Made by a program: the position numbers and the translations under genes. DNA of 64,000 bases, from sequence record AP019559. One strand, 5' to 3'. The stretch comes from Escherichia phage SP15. Below the pieces are notes generated by a model. It ran no database searches, was not told the DNA's origin, and saw only the letters and a list, made by a program, of their open reading frames with translations. The first letter of the stretch is position 1. Every line of letters starts with the position of its first letter. Below, in pieces: positions 38,385 to 49,001 of the stretch.

Positions 38385-38754
38385 TAGTTTTTGCGTTAGT
38401 CTCAGATATTTTTGCAGCCGCCGCTGATTCTGCAGATCTATCCGCGGATGCAGCAGATTGAGTAGCAGATGTAGCGGATTGAGTAGCAGAAGTTTCAGAA
38501 GCTCCAGCAGAAATAGCAGCTTCCTGTTCAGAGTTCTTAGCGTTAAGTTCCGAAGTCTTAGCAGCTATCTCAGAATCTTTTGCAGCTGCAGCAGACTTAG
38601 CTGCTGCCTCAATAGAAGATACTAACTCACTTGCAGTAATAGAACTAATAGAGTTACCAAGAGTTACTGTATATCTAGGAAATTTACTCGCAGTAGCCTT
38701 AGTATCATCAATATTTAATATCTGTTGTACAATAATTTTAGTAGTTACTGCCAT
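38143..38754 (-). CDS. ltf: Proximal L-shaped tail fibre protein, N-terminal fragment terminated by frameshift
   Basis: N-terminus [17 protein letters not shown] typical of T5 pb1-like fibre; ends in EICKT stop inside a 94-bp tandem duplication. Confidence 0.6.
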   Translation of the reverse strand: MAVTTKIIVQQILNIDDTKATASKFPRYTVTLGNSISSITASELVSSIEAAAKSAAAAKDSEIAAKTSELNAKNSEQEAAISAGASETSATQSATSATQSAASADRSAESAAAAKISETNAKTSETNAKASETNAKTSETNADASATAAKLSEGNAKASETNAAQSAADAKLSEGNAKASETNAAQSAADSSGFRNEAEICKT

Positions 38755-39176
38755 TATTTAGTTACCCCATCACTGATAAATACTTTACCCTCCATTATAC
38801 GAAAGGAGCTAATTGCAGATCCTATAACATCTCTAGTCATAATTATATCATAGTATCCTGCGAATCGCTGACGAGGATTATACTTATCTCTATCTTTAGA
38901 TGCTTTAGCTCCTATATTTTCCACGGATTCTACGGGTAAACTTATAGCTACAGCTCCTTGAGCAGCATCAATAATATTAGTAGTAAAGGATGCTAATATC
39001 TCCGCATTCTCATCTAGGCTACTTTTTATAGTGCCCCTTAAAGAATACCCAGTTAAGTTAACGGGGGTATTTGTAGGTGGATAAGCACTATCATCAACGT
39101 CTAAGAACTGCATCATTAGACCATATGGTACATTTTCGTCTATTACTAAATCTATAACTCTATTTTCAGTACTCAT
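38754..39176 (-). CDS. Tail collar protein (T5 p132-like)
   Basis: 140 aa, position between fibre gene and pb4-like gene as in T5. Confidence 0.5.
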   Translation of the reverse strand: MSTENRVIDLVIDENVPYGLMMQFLDVDDSAYPPTNTPVNLTGYSLRGTIKSSLDENAEILASFTTNIIDAAQGAVAISLPVESVENIGAKASKDRDKYNPRQRFAGYYDIIMTRDVIGSAISSFRIMEGKVFISDGVTK

Positions 39177-39179
39177 TAT

Positions 39180-41252
39180 TTACCTTATATGAATGTACCC
39201 GTTTTGCAGGTCTATCTTCATTCTATAATAGGCTTCCGGATTATCAGATAATGCAGCGTTTCTATCATAAATAACGTTAACACCGATCTGAGATAAGAAG
39301 GCATTATTTGCTACAATCTTACTGGCGGTTACCGTACCGTTAACTATCATATCGCCATGCAGTACCATTGCAGGGTTAATCCAACCGGAACCATTCCATT
39401 GACGAGTAAATGCAGATTGCGGAGCATTACTATTAAACTCAGTCAATACATCATATCTAACTGGTGGACTACCAAAGTTATTCTGGAAGAAGGCATTAGC
39501 TTGTCCATCATCCCAGCCTCCAAGACCTGGAATACCTAAGGAGTACATGCCAGGCCCCCTTTGACCATCTGCACCAATAGTACCTTCAGTACCGCTCCAC
39601 TGAACTACATCAGACCAGCTAGTACCTTCAAGAAGTTTGTTAGTAACTGGATCAAGTGTACCCGTAGTCGCATAAATATTTTGAGTCATATCTGTGCGGT
39701 TAGGTGGGGTTTTAGACCAACCAGGAGGTGGGTAATCTTGTTCTAGTGGTTTAGCAGGTAGAGATGTTGCTAACTTATAAACAAATACTGTTTGCTTACC
39801 TTGCATACCAGTACCTAGATCTACATCGCCATTAGGAGTTCCAATAACTACTCCACTAGAAATACGTAGCACATCACCATCATAACGAATCCACTGTGTG
39901 GCATTACCAATGTCTAATTTAGCTTTGGCAGAGGTATTATCCATACCCATCCAAATACCAGAGTTATTATCTCCCCAAGATTTACCTTGAGTGTAAATTG
40001 CTGGGTTATCCTTACCAGATAAGTTAGTCATGATAAAGTTCGCAGCATTAATATCTCTAGTAATTACTTTACCATCAACGTTAACAACACGGTTTATAGG
40101 GTCGAAAGAAATAGGTGCTTTTCCTTCTTCATCTAGCAGACCAATGTTAATAGCACCAGTAGCTGCGTCGATTAAGAATGTCTGTCTCCAGATTTCTCCA
40201 TCTTTCATGCTGCCCTTAATAAAGGCATAATTAACATCAATACCCGTCTCATTGACAAAGCTGTTGTCTAGAGGAGTATCTTCATTCAATATAAATGTTA
40301 CAGGAGCTGATTCTGTTATATCTTGCTTATTTGGTCCCCAGGCAATTGATGATACCTTAAAAGTATGCTCAACTTTCCATGGGAATGATATAATTGTTGC
40401 AGCTCTAGCAGCCCCAACGTTTATCTTTTGAGCTTTAGCCCAACCAGTCTTAGCGTATTCTTCAGAGTTTATATAAGTAACCAGAAATTCACGGACATTA
40501 GCACCAGCACCACGTTCCCAGTCCCATTCTATTCTAACATCATATCGTTCCTTACCGTCTGCGATTCGTGCAGCTTTAAAGGCAATGTTAGTAGGTGCAG
40601 TAGGTGGTACGAAATTATAAGCTACAGTGAAAACGCTAGGATATTCATAATAACCAGATGAGTCAACTGTAACACCATCTGGCATCGTAACTTGACCAGA
40701 TATTCTGATCTTATAGTCACCAACAGGAACACCACCAAATTTGATAGTAGGTCCCAGTGCGCCTATATAATATTTAACCCATTCACTATCTTCTGATGCA
40801 GTACTTTTTAATTCAATAGTGCAGTAATTAGCTTCACCAGCAGTCTCTACAACAACTATTGGAGCACCAACACCAACGTCAACGGGTTCTGATTCAGATC
40901 TTGCTGCAGTAATTATTGGCTTTTCCTTTGTTCTAAAGTTAGTTTCATTAGAGAGGTTGATACCAATCTTAGCTTCCAGTAACTCTGAGTCAATAATTGA
41001 GTCATAGAAAGCCCCCTGAATCTCATAGGAGGTAGAGGGGGTTAGATTATTAATCATTACGAAGAAAGTATCTATACCGGTGTAATCACGTCTATCTATA
41101 CTTTCTCCTATTTTTAACCAAAAAGATCTACCAATAACATCATAATCAGTATAAATGGAGTGCTGGACATAAGCCAAAGTATATCCAGTCATTATACTAT
41201 TTAAGACCATTTTGGCTGGTGCATTATTTGAAATCATTAAATGGATGCCCAC
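39180..41252 (-). CDS. Baseplate/tail tip protein pb4-like
   Basis: 690 aa, fibronectin-III-like repeats, synteny with pb3-like gene. Confidence 0.65.
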   Translation of the reverse strand: MGIHLMISNNAPAKMVLNSIMTGYTLAYVQHSIYTDYDVIGRSFWLKIGESIDRRDYTGIDTFFVMINNLTPSTSYEIQGAFYDSIIDSELLEAKIGINLSNETNFRTKEKPIITAARSESEPVDVGVGAPIVVVETAGEANYCTIELKSTASEDSEWVKYYIGALGPTIKFGGVPVGDYKIRISGQVTMPDGVTVDSSGYYEYPSVFTVAYNFVPPTAPTNIAFKAARIADGKERYDVRIEWDWERGAGANVREFLVTYINSEEYAKTGWAKAQKINVGAARAATIISFPWKVEHTFKVSSIAWGPNKQDITESAPVTFILNEDTPLDNSFVNETGIDVNYAFIKGSMKDGEIWRQTFLIDAATGAINIGLLDEEGKAPISFDPINRVVNVDGKVITRDINAANFIMTNLSGKDNPAIYTQGKSWGDNNSGIWMGMDNTSAKAKLDIGNATQWIRYDGDVLRISSGVVIGTPNGDVDLGTGMQGKQTVFVYKLATSLPAKPLEQDYPPPGWSKTPPNRTDMTQNIYATTGTLDPVTNKLLEGTSWSDVVQWSGTEGTIGADGQRGPGMYSLGIPGLGGWDDGQANAFFQNNFGSPPVRYDVLTEFNSNAPQSAFTRQWNGSGWINPAMVLHGDMIVNGTVTASKIVANNAFLSQIGVNVIYDRNAALSDNPEAYYRMKIDLQNGYIHIR

Positions 41253-44086
41253 TCCACAGACTGTTCTCCATCATCCCCTTCTGCCCTAATACGAAAATAC
41301 AATTTTCTATTTATACCTAGAGCACCGCTGTTCTGGAGAGCAAAGTCTGCCTTATTATATGTTAATAAATAGTCATAAGTATACTGATTTTCAATACGTA
41401 CACTTCTTAACATCCTATTTTGCGAATCGTGTATTTCAAGGGTATAAAATATACTCTCTATTATATCTTCTTCAGGTATTCTATCCCAGGCTAGTTTCAC
41501 ATCTGGGCCAACAAACTCAGTTACATCTCCAGAAGCAGTATTAGTTACCCTAAAATTAGATACTACACTAAGGTTTTTAGCAGAGTTAAGTTCTATAGAC
41601 AGAGTCACCGGGGAACTTCTTCTACCATTAATATCTACTGCCCTTATCTCAAATATAGCCAGACCTGCTGGTTCCCCAATTATTTCTTGGATCATACGTT
41701 CGTTAGGATTGGTCTCTAACTGTTGTATTATGTAAGGTTCAGCATGACCGGAATGCACGATAGAGTAATAAACTACATTATTGGTTAGACTCGGAAGCCA
41801 GGATAACTCACCATTTTTACCTATAGAACCAACTAAGCCACCGGGTGTAGGAGTATACTTAAAATCTCTAGGAGGAAGAACATTGTTACTAATATCTGGT
41901 ATATCATTACCGCTATTATCAACCTGCTCAGAGTTGATGAATACATCTTCTCCATACTCCTGTAGAGTAACATTTATCTTACCCTCTCTAGAGTTTTCAA
42001 CCTCATCAACTAGGAAATACTTTTTGTCCCATCCATAACGATCATATGTGAATGCAATAGCATCATTAGGCTCAATACCAATGAATTGATATGGCAATGA
42101 AAAAGAAAGTGTTCTTGAGTATCTGGATTTCTTAAGTTCTCTATCCGCAAAACTTCTTGCAGTATAGTAATTAGTAATATTAGCAAAAGATAGTTGTAAT
42201 TTTTTATCCAGGTTCTTGTCCTGTTCCTTATACTTGGAGTTATAGAATGTAATGGAATTAGTTTTCCAGCTAAGGGCTGGGTCTACGATAGATGCTTGAA
42301 CTGAGTTGAATTTATTTCTACCAGTAGTATCTGATAGCTCCAAATCACCATAAGTATCTAGAAAATTAATCTCTAATGGAGTATTAGAGTATTTTTCTAC
42401 AGTAACCCTGTACTGGCCAGATAAGTTGTTAATAGCCCCACCGTAGGACTCTAATAAACCTTGCACATTTTTAAATACTGATTCAGATGTATCCAGAATA
42501 GTATTCATTTGTACTATTTGTCTATTTTCTGCTAGTGGATCAGTCCACCCAACGTATCTCCAATATGGCTGCCAAGATACCTGATAGGATTCATCTATAA
42601 TATCTAAAATAGCTGCTTCCTGTATTAATTGCTGAAGAGGGAACTGATCAATGGTAATATTAGCACCGTATCTATCAGAGGTTAAGTAATCAAGTGTTTG
42701 CCAAATACCATTTAAACTAGTACTATTAGCAGTTACTCTACCATCAGAATGATAGACTTTTACTTTTTTACCTTGAATTTCAGCACTAACTTCAGGAATC
42801 TCAGTCCTATTTTCATTAATAGTGAAGCGCACCACTGCGTATGCAGTATCTAGTAGTTTATATCTAGCATCCCAGTACTCCGGTCCATTGCCATTCATAT
42901 TCTGAAGGTAGAACCCACGTTCTTTAGCTATATCTACTAGTACTTCAGAAGCCGTTTGATCAGATTTTCCATGATACGTCCAGATTCTTATATCACCATT
43001 ACCATCATTATACTTATACTCCTGCCCATGCATAGAAGGACTACTAGAAGGTGTTCCTGACGCTATTCTTTGCATGGTATCTCCGGCTACTTTTTTAACA
43101 CCGAAACAGGTTCTAGCAGAGCTATCATTAGAGTCCATACAAATCATGGGGTTATCCCCAAATGAAAAGTCAAGAAAACCGTCTATCTCTCCTTCAGCAA
43201 AAGCATATACTACGTAAACTATATTAGGATTGTGTAATTCCGTATCCGCAAAAATAGGTATTCCCGGTATTTTTTGAACTCCATAAACCACCGGTATATA
43301 TTTAGCAGCAAGGTTAAAATCTATATCTACTTCTTTAGTAACAGTCTCATAGTACTTTTTAAGACTATAGCTTCTAGATAGACCAAATAGTTTTTTCTTA
43401 GACTTTAGCTTGTATCTTTCTTCCTGTACCTGATATTTTGCTAGGATAGAGATACTTTTATTAGAGTGGAAGAATCCATAGTCTTCTTGGTACTCAGGTC
43501 TTTTAGCCCCATTAGATGGTACTAACTGTCCAGCTACAACTTCAAGCCCCCTATGGGAAGCGTCATCAGTATATCTGCCATTAACTCTATCAAAGTCATA
43601 GAATTGGTTAGAACAATTCCAGGTAATTATAGAGGTTCCTACTCCAGAGGTACTAATGTTATCTTTAATGCCCCCTCCAGTAATCCTCCCCCTAAAATAT
43701 AGTAAAGGACCATTTGTATCTGGGTCTACTGGTAGAATAGAACCATCTTCAGTAATAATTGCTTGATGAATTGATACGGTTCTATCTAAGAAGGATACAC
43801 CATTTTGTACTAGTTTTAGTACTTCATCCTGTGCTGTACCAGTAATAGTAAAAGATAGACTACCAATAGATAAATCTCTATTTTGTTTGTGTGAGCTAAT
43901 AGACTTAACTTTACCCGCCTGGTATAAGATGCCATTATATAGTACATCCCTAAAATAATCAGTTAAATAAATAAAAGCAGTACTAGTACCAGTAGAGCCA
44001 GGTAACTCTAGAGAAATTAGACTAGCAGTTTTTATTCTGCTATTATTTTTTAAGTAGTTTCTAGCACTATCTAGTATTTTTTTCAT
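41237..44086 (-). CDS. Baseplate hub protein pb3-like
   Basis: 949 aa, same length and position as the T5 pb3 gene. Confidence 0.7.
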   Translation of the reverse strand: MKKILDSARNYLKNNSRIKTASLISLELPGSTGTSTAFIYLTDYFRDVLYNGILYQAGKVKSISSHKQNRDLSIGSLSFTITGTAQDEVLKLVQNGVSFLDRTVSIHQAIITEDGSILPVDPDTNGPLLYFRGRITGGGIKDNISTSGVGTSIITWNCSNQFYDFDRVNGRYTDDASHRGLEVVAGQLVPSNGAKRPEYQEDYGFFHSNKSISILAKYQVQEERYKLKSKKKLFGLSRSYSLKKYYETVTKEVDIDFNLAAKYIPVVYGVQKIPGIPIFADTELHNPNIVYVVYAFAEGEIDGFLDFSFGDNPMICMDSNDSSARTCFGVKKVAGDTMQRIASGTPSSSPSMHGQEYKYNDGNGDIRIWTYHGKSDQTASEVLVDIAKERGFYLQNMNGNGPEYWDARYKLLDTAYAVVRFTINENRTEIPEVSAEIQGKKVKVYHSDGRVTANSTSLNGIWQTLDYLTSDRYGANITIDQFPLQQLIQEAAILDIIDESYQVSWQPYWRYVGWTDPLAENRQIVQMNTILDTSESVFKNVQGLLESYGGAINNLSGQYRVTVEKYSNTPLEINFLDTYGDLELSDTTGRNKFNSVQASIVDPALSWKTNSITFYNSKYKEQDKNLDKKLQLSFANITNYYTARSFADRELKKSRYSRTLSFSLPYQFIGIEPNDAIAFTYDRYGWDKKYFLVDEVENSREGKINVTLQEYGEDVFINSEQVDNSGNDIPDISNNVLPPRDFKYTPTPGGLVGSIGKNGELSWLPSLTNNVVYYSIVHSGHAEPYIIQQLETNPNERMIQEIIGEPAGLAIFEIRAVDINGRRSSPVTLSIELNSAKNLSVVSNFRVTNTASGDVTEFVGPDVKLAWDRIPEEDIIESIFYTLEIHDSQNRMLRSVRIENQYTYDYLLTYNKADFALQNSGALGINRKLYFRIRAEGDDGEQSVEWASI

Positions 44087-44697
44087 AAACTTTCCCGTAA
44101 ATTTAATGAGATGCCGGAGTATGTTCCGTTATTATTTAATGTAGATCCGAAAGCATCACCATTCATGAGTTTTGTTCTAAATAATATCCCATTAAATACT
44201 GGTTTTTCAGCTCCAGTAGTAGTTACAAATAAATCAGGATATACGTTAATAGACCATGAATTACCAGATCTATTAAATGATGTTATTTTATAAACTTTTG
44301 GGTGATTGGATAACTTAAATAAATCACCTGGTTTAGGAATACCGGTAAGAACACCTTTTGTATCCATAGTAATATTGGAACCTTTCTGTCCAGCAGGTAT
44401 ACTTACTAAGTTAGTATTGCCACTAACCCTAAAAGCCTCATACTGAGGTAATATAACATCAATGTAGCCTCCTGTCCTCTTATACTCTAGAATAAAGGAA
44501 TCTAGAACACTGAATTCATCAGGAAACAATTCTGGGTAAGAAATGTTTATACCCCAGTACTGAGCGGATACCTTAACTTCGTTAACTTTACCATTAGGTA
44601 ACTCATCACGAATTACTGGGTCATTATCAATCAGGTTAACACTTTCGAATCCTAAGCCTGAAAGTTCTGGATTCGTGTATGGGTCTGGTAATCTCAT
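44083..44697 (-). CDS. Distal tail protein pb9-like
   Basis: 204 aa immediately downstream of tape measure gene. Confidence 0.65.
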   Translation of the reverse strand: MRLPDPYTNPELSGLGFESVNLIDNDPVIRDELPNGKVNEVKVSAQYWGINISYPELFPDEFSVLDSFILEYKRTGGYIDVILPQYEAFRVSGNTNLVSIPAGQKGSNITMDTKGVLTGIPKPGDLFKLSNHPKVYKITSFNRSGNSWSINVYPDLFVTTTGAEKPVFNGILFRTKLMNGDAFGSTLNNNGTYSGISLNLRESL

Positions 44698-44779
44698 AGT
44701 TAATTTCTCCTCTTTAATAACAATATTATAATAGTATTAGAAAATTTTATCAAGAAATTTTTATTTTTCCATAAAGAAA

Positions 44780-44800
44780 AGGAGGACTCAAAGTCCTCCT
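44780..44800 (-). terminator. Rho-independent terminator after tape measure gene
   Basis: Hairpin GGAGGACT-CAA-AGTCCTCC, T-run on minus strand. Confidence 0.6.
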
Positions 44801-44806
44801 CCAGTT

Positions 44807-47800
44807 TTAAGAATTTCCTAATGTTTTCAGACTAGCACCGTTCTCATTCAGAGCTAGTTCTACTGCGTCTCTTAGAGCACTACTATTACTAGAGGCAAAC
44901 TCTCTAAAACTTGCAGCATCCATAGCACTAATATTCAGGATGATAGGTCTTCCTGAAGTTGAGTTAGACGAGGTTTTTAGCTCATCATTAGGTGTAGCTT
45001 TCATAGGAATCATAGGTGTAATTACTTCTGTACCATGTTCTCCCATCTGGTAGCTAACCCCGGGGTACATATTACCACCTTCGGCACGCGGCACAAATGA
45101 ATTAGCGTTACCAATACCTTGATCGCCACGAATATAAGATAGTTCACCTGCATTAGCAGACATGGACACATCAATGTTCTTCTGTCGCTCCCCTAAGGTT
45201 AAGTAACTAGTTGTATCTGCCCCAGAATCCGCAATACTTGACATACTAGATGCAGAGGATGCCTGAGCAAGAGCTAATGCACCTGCCAAACCTGCCGCTA
45301 CCATTAGAGGAATAGAGAACGGGTAAGGTACAGCTGTTGCTGCCTGCATAACTGCTACTGCAGTTTGGATGATAATCTGCTTCTTAGCTGCATCTTGTTG
45401 AATCTTCAGCTTTTCAGCTTCTAGCTTCTTCAATTTAGCTTTAGATGCTTCTGATTTACCATCACGTTTCTGCTCCGCTGCGATAGCTGCATCAATAGCA
45501 CTAACCTGTTGACTAGTACTATACTGAATCATAGAAGATACAGTTTGCATGCCAGAAGCAATCAAGGAGGTAGTATCTAGTGATCCCTGAGAGAACTGGA
45601 TCATAGCGTTAGTTAAGTTACCCATACTTTGAGCCACAGCGGTTGCTTCAGAATTTAATTCAGATAGCTTAGAGATTGCCTGATCATAAGAAGCCATTCT
45701 ATTTTGCATATCTGCAAAATCTTTGTCTTCCCCAGATAGTCCAGTTGTAGGAGTGTACACAGCACCCACAGAAGATCCTACCTGTTGCTGCATTTGGCCT
45801 TCTCTTTGCTTTCTAAGTTGCTCTAGAGCAGCAGCAGTTTTATAGATCTCATTACGATACTTGATCTCTTCTTCGGTATTGCCCTTAGATAGTTCTAGCT
45901 GTTCTTGCAAAACAGATAATCTTTCCGTAAGAATCTGAGCTTGGCCAGTAACATTTCTTTGTGTTTGGCTGACTTCTAGTGCATCCATGAGAGCTGATAC
46001 ATGTGAGGCAGTTGCCTGCTTCTCCGTTTCCCATAGTTCCCTGCTTATTTGTGCTTGAGCACGTCTAGACTGTTCCGCCTCTTTCTGTTTGTCCGCTTGT
46101 TTTGTATACCATTCGTACTTCTCTTTCTCTACAGTTAGTTCTAGTTTTAGCTGAGCTAATCTATATTGAGTAGTAGTCATAGTACGGTCATTCAGAAGAG
46201 CTATCTCACGATCTACACCAAGAATTTTATCTGTGTAATCCTTGACCTTCTTCTGAGCTTCCATACCCTGATTGGTAAGTTTAAGTTTCTCCAGCTGAAT
46301 TTTTTCAATTTCTTTCTCAACAGCTTTATTCCCCTGGTTTGTTTGAAGAACACGGCGTAAAGCAGCTTCTTGCTCTTCTAACTGTTGCAACTCTAAACGT
46401 CTACCAGCTTCCTGAGCCTTTTCCTTATCCTTAGTTTGATTGTATACATCAGCTATCTTCTGTTGAACTGCTAACTGATTTTTAGTTTCATTACCAGTTA
46501 GTTTAACATACTCAGATAGAGCCTGAGATGCAGTTTTCATTTCAGACAGGGTGTTATAACCCAGATTAAGGTTTTTAACATATTCATCAGCACTCTTACC
46601 AGTACCTAGAGATAGAGATTCTATGTTTTTTATAGCATCTGCTAAAGTAGCACTAGTTTTAGCAGCAGTATCTGTATTCTGAGCAACGTTCTGTATGTCA
46701 TTAGCTAAGTCACTAGCCGTTTTCTTAGTCTGATTGTACGCTTTCTGCTGCTCAGTTAGTCCTTTTAATACAGTAGAGTTAAAATCGTATACAGCATCAG
46801 GATCAGTAGTATCTCTCTGTAGATTAATTTGCTTCTGAAACTCTGGACTAGCCTTTGCAGCAGCGGCCCCAGCAGCTTGATACGCTGATTTCCAAGCATT
46901 GAGATTCTCTGTAGAATCCTCTACTTCCTTACCAAGTCTAGTTACTTGTAAACCCATAGCTGCAGTTTCTGCTACAAATTGCTTATTGGCCTCCGAAGCA
47001 CCTGCTGCTGCAAGACCAACAGGAATACCTTCACCAACTTGACGTATAGCTAATTTTGTATAGAAATCTGCTTGTTCCATTCGTTTATCGAACTCAGATT
47101 TTAGCTTATTACGCTTATCAAGAGATTCCTTATACATATCTAGAGCTTTATTATACCCTTCTTCAGAAGCGGCTAAACTTAAAGCAACAGCACCAACGTT
47201 GGTAGGATCTATCTGTCTATTAGTTTTTTCTTGAGCTCTAGCTGCTTCAGCAGATACAGAAGCCTGAGAAGTATAAAATACTGTGTTGATAGCATCAATT
47301 ACGGGCCCTAAGTATTTAGCAGCAGCCTGCTGAATCTTTCTCAGTGCGGCATCAGCATTAGCGGCAAATTGCTCCCACGGAGTAGCACGTAAAACTTCAT
47401 CTAAGTAGCCAAAACGTTTAGTAGACTCTGCTATAACAGCATTAGCATACGCCTGCTGTTTCTGGAAAGTAGTAAGGCTGTTAATATTATATGTTATACC
47501 TGTGTTTGCAGCATTTAACTGCTTAACGTAATCAGCATAAGCATCATTAAGACGAATAGTAACACCAAGTTCATCCAGAAGTTCGATTTCTTGTTTAGAT
47601 ACACCCTTAATTACACGGTTAAGTGCATCAGTCATATCAACGCCAAGAACAGCAGCAGCACGACGAGCTACTAAACCAAATTTATTAAGTTGTTCGGCGT
47701 CAAATCCATAAGCGGACGCTGAGGATGCTTGCCTCATAGCTTCTTCAAAAGAGATTGCATAGCCAGCTGCCTCTTGTAGTGATCTAGCAAGGGACTGAAC

Positions 47801-48487
47801 AGGAGTACCTGTCTGAGTACCTACTATAACACCAAATTTTTCTAGACGATTTAGCTGATCACCTAGTTTAAGTTGCTCGAATGCAGATTGCAAAACGAAG
47901 ATGTTGGAAGCAAGAGCTGCGTACATAATAGGTAAACTACCACCGATCTTAGCCATTGCTGCAAAATCACGAGTTGCACCGCGTGCCGAACCAGAAGTAT
48001 TACCGATAGCTCTGGAAGCTCTTCCAGCAGCACCAGTAGTATCATTAAAGCCCTTAGCTGTACCACCTAAAGCTCTATTAGTATCGTATAACCTATCTTG
48101 AACTTTCTCTGTTGCAGCTGCAACATCATTGCCCATTGTTTTAACAGATCTAGAAACTCCATCGAATCCAACTTCTAGTTTATCTGCTACTTCAATCATT
48201 GTAATAGCTAGGTCATCCAGCTTAGTCCCTATATCATTAATAGATTTAGTAATACTAAGCATGCCCCTACTAGCCTGCATTTTAGTAAGACTTTTCGCTG
48301 CTCTATCTGCTGCCCTCTCAATGGAGTATAGAGTTTTGGGCATTTTACCTAACTGTTCATTCGTTAGCTCAGAAGCCGCAGCAGCATTCTCTAATGCATC
48401 AGATACGTTTTCAATAGACTTTGCAGTACGAGTTGCCCCCTTCTGTTTAACGTCTATCAGTAATTCTCGTATTAGCTTATCAGTCAT
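44807..48487 (-). CDS. Tail tape measure protein (pb2-like)
   Basis: 1226 aa, extensive coiled coil and Ala/Gln-rich, hydrophobic segment near C-terminus. Confidence 0.85.
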   Translation of the reverse strand: MTDKLIRELLIDVKQKGATRTAKSIENVSDALENAAAASELTNEQLGKMPKTLYSIERAADRAAKSLTKMQASRGMLSITKSINDIGTKLDDLAITMIEVADKLEVGFDGVSRSVKTMGNDVAAATEKVQDRLYDTNRALGGTAKGFNDTTGAAGRASRAIGNTSGSARGATRDFAAMAKIGGSLPIMYAALASNIFVLQSAFEQLKLGDQLNRLEKFGVIVGTQTGTPVQSLARSLQEAAGYAISFEEAMRQASSASAYGFDAEQLNKFGLVARRAAAVLGVDMTDALNRVIKGVSKQEIELLDELGVTIRLNDAYADYVKQLNAANTGITYNINSLTTFQKQQAYANAVIAESTKRFGYLDEVLRATPWEQFAANADAALRKIQQAAAKYLGPVIDAINTVFYTSQASVSAEAARAQEKTNRQIDPTNVGAVALSLAASEEGYNKALDMYKESLDKRNKLKSEFDKRMEQADFYTKLAIRQVGEGIPVGLAAAGASEANKQFVAETAAMGLQVTRLGKEVEDSTENLNAWKSAYQAAGAAAAKASPEFQKQINLQRDTTDPDAVYDFNSTVLKGLTEQQKAYNQTKKTASDLANDIQNVAQNTDTAAKTSATLADAIKNIESLSLGTGKSADEYVKNLNLGYNTLSEMKTASQALSEYVKLTGNETKNQLAVQQKIADVYNQTKDKEKAQEAGRRLELQQLEEQEAALRRVLQTNQGNKAVEKEIEKIQLEKLKLTNQGMEAQKKVKDYTDKILGVDREIALLNDRTMTTTQYRLAQLKLELTVEKEKYEWYTKQADKQKEAEQSRRAQAQISRELWETEKQATASHVSALMDALEVSQTQRNVTGQAQILTERLSVLQEQLELSKGNTEEEIKYRNEIYKTAAALEQLRKQREGQMQQQVGSSVGAVYTPTTGLSGEDKDFADMQNRMASYDQAISKLSELNSEATAVAQSMGNLTNAMIQFSQGSLDTTSLIASGMQTVSSMIQYSTSQQVSAIDAAIAAEQKRDGKSEASKAKLKKLEAEKLKIQQDAAKKQIIIQTAVAVMQAATAVPYPFSIPLMVAAGLAGALALAQASSASSMSSIADSGADTTSYLTLGERQKNIDVSMSANAGELSYIRGDQGIGNANSFVPRAEGGNMYPGVSYQMGEHGTEVITPMIPMKATPNDELKTSSNSTSGRPIILNISAMDAASFREFASSNSSALRDAVELALNENGASLKTLGNS

Positions 48488-48511
48488 ATTTTATTTTTCC
48501 CAATAAAAAAA

Positions 48512-48536
48512 GGCTCTGGGCAAATCACCCAGAGCC
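48512..48536 (-). terminator. Rho-independent terminator just upstream of tape measure start
   Basis: Hairpin GGCTCTGGG-CAAATCA-CCCAGAGCC, T-run on minus strand. Confidence 0.6.
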
Positions 48537-48571
48537 AAGCCTCATCGTGGAACGCCCATTGGAGGAAACTT

Positions 48572-48940
48572 TTATCGCGCCCGAGATCTAGCATGTGGCT
48601 TAACGTTAGGTATTCTACCGTTTTGCGGCTTATGCTTCTCAGCACGTTTACGTGCAGCGTCTACAGCTTTAGCATCAAATATATTGATAATGTGTAGAAC
48701 AAATTCTTTCTCTATAGGATCGGTAATCCCATAAATATCAAATAAAACACCTAGAGCAGCTTTATCTTTGCCTATAAAGATAGGAAAGTCACCCGGTATG
48801 AAACAGTCAACTAGACTATTATAAATATTCATACTAATAGCTACAATAGGTGGAAAATCTTCAAGTTCAACAGGCATAGCCTTAGGATCAGGTTCTATAC
48901 CCATTGACTCGCAAAGTATTAGATATTGTTGTTTAGTCAT
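48572..48940 (-). CDS. Putative tail assembly chaperone, downstream ORF (no obvious RBS)
   Basis: 122-aa ORF upstream of tape measure; its frame is open back into the end of the preceding ORF. Confidence 0.45.
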   Translation of the reverse strand: MTKQQYLILCESMGIEPDPKAMPVELEDFPPIVAISMNIYNSLVDCFIPGDFPIFIGKDKAALGVLFDIYGITDPIEKEFVLHIINIFDAKAVDAARKRAEKHKPQNGRIPNVKPHARSRAR

Positions 48941-49001
48941 TTTAGACGCTGAGCTTTTAATACATTTATCAGCAAAGTCGGCAACAGCATCTAGTAGTTC
49001 T

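Noticed and set aside
37560-38400. Dense direct repeats that might be taken for a CRISPR array or VNTR
   Set aside because: The repeats are in-frame coding repeats of the tail-fibre shaft (LKSDVEQLKSDTQ and AKLSEGNAKASETNAAQSAAD units) with no spacer/repeat regularity; only the 94-bp duplication is non-coding-like in behaviour and is reported separately.
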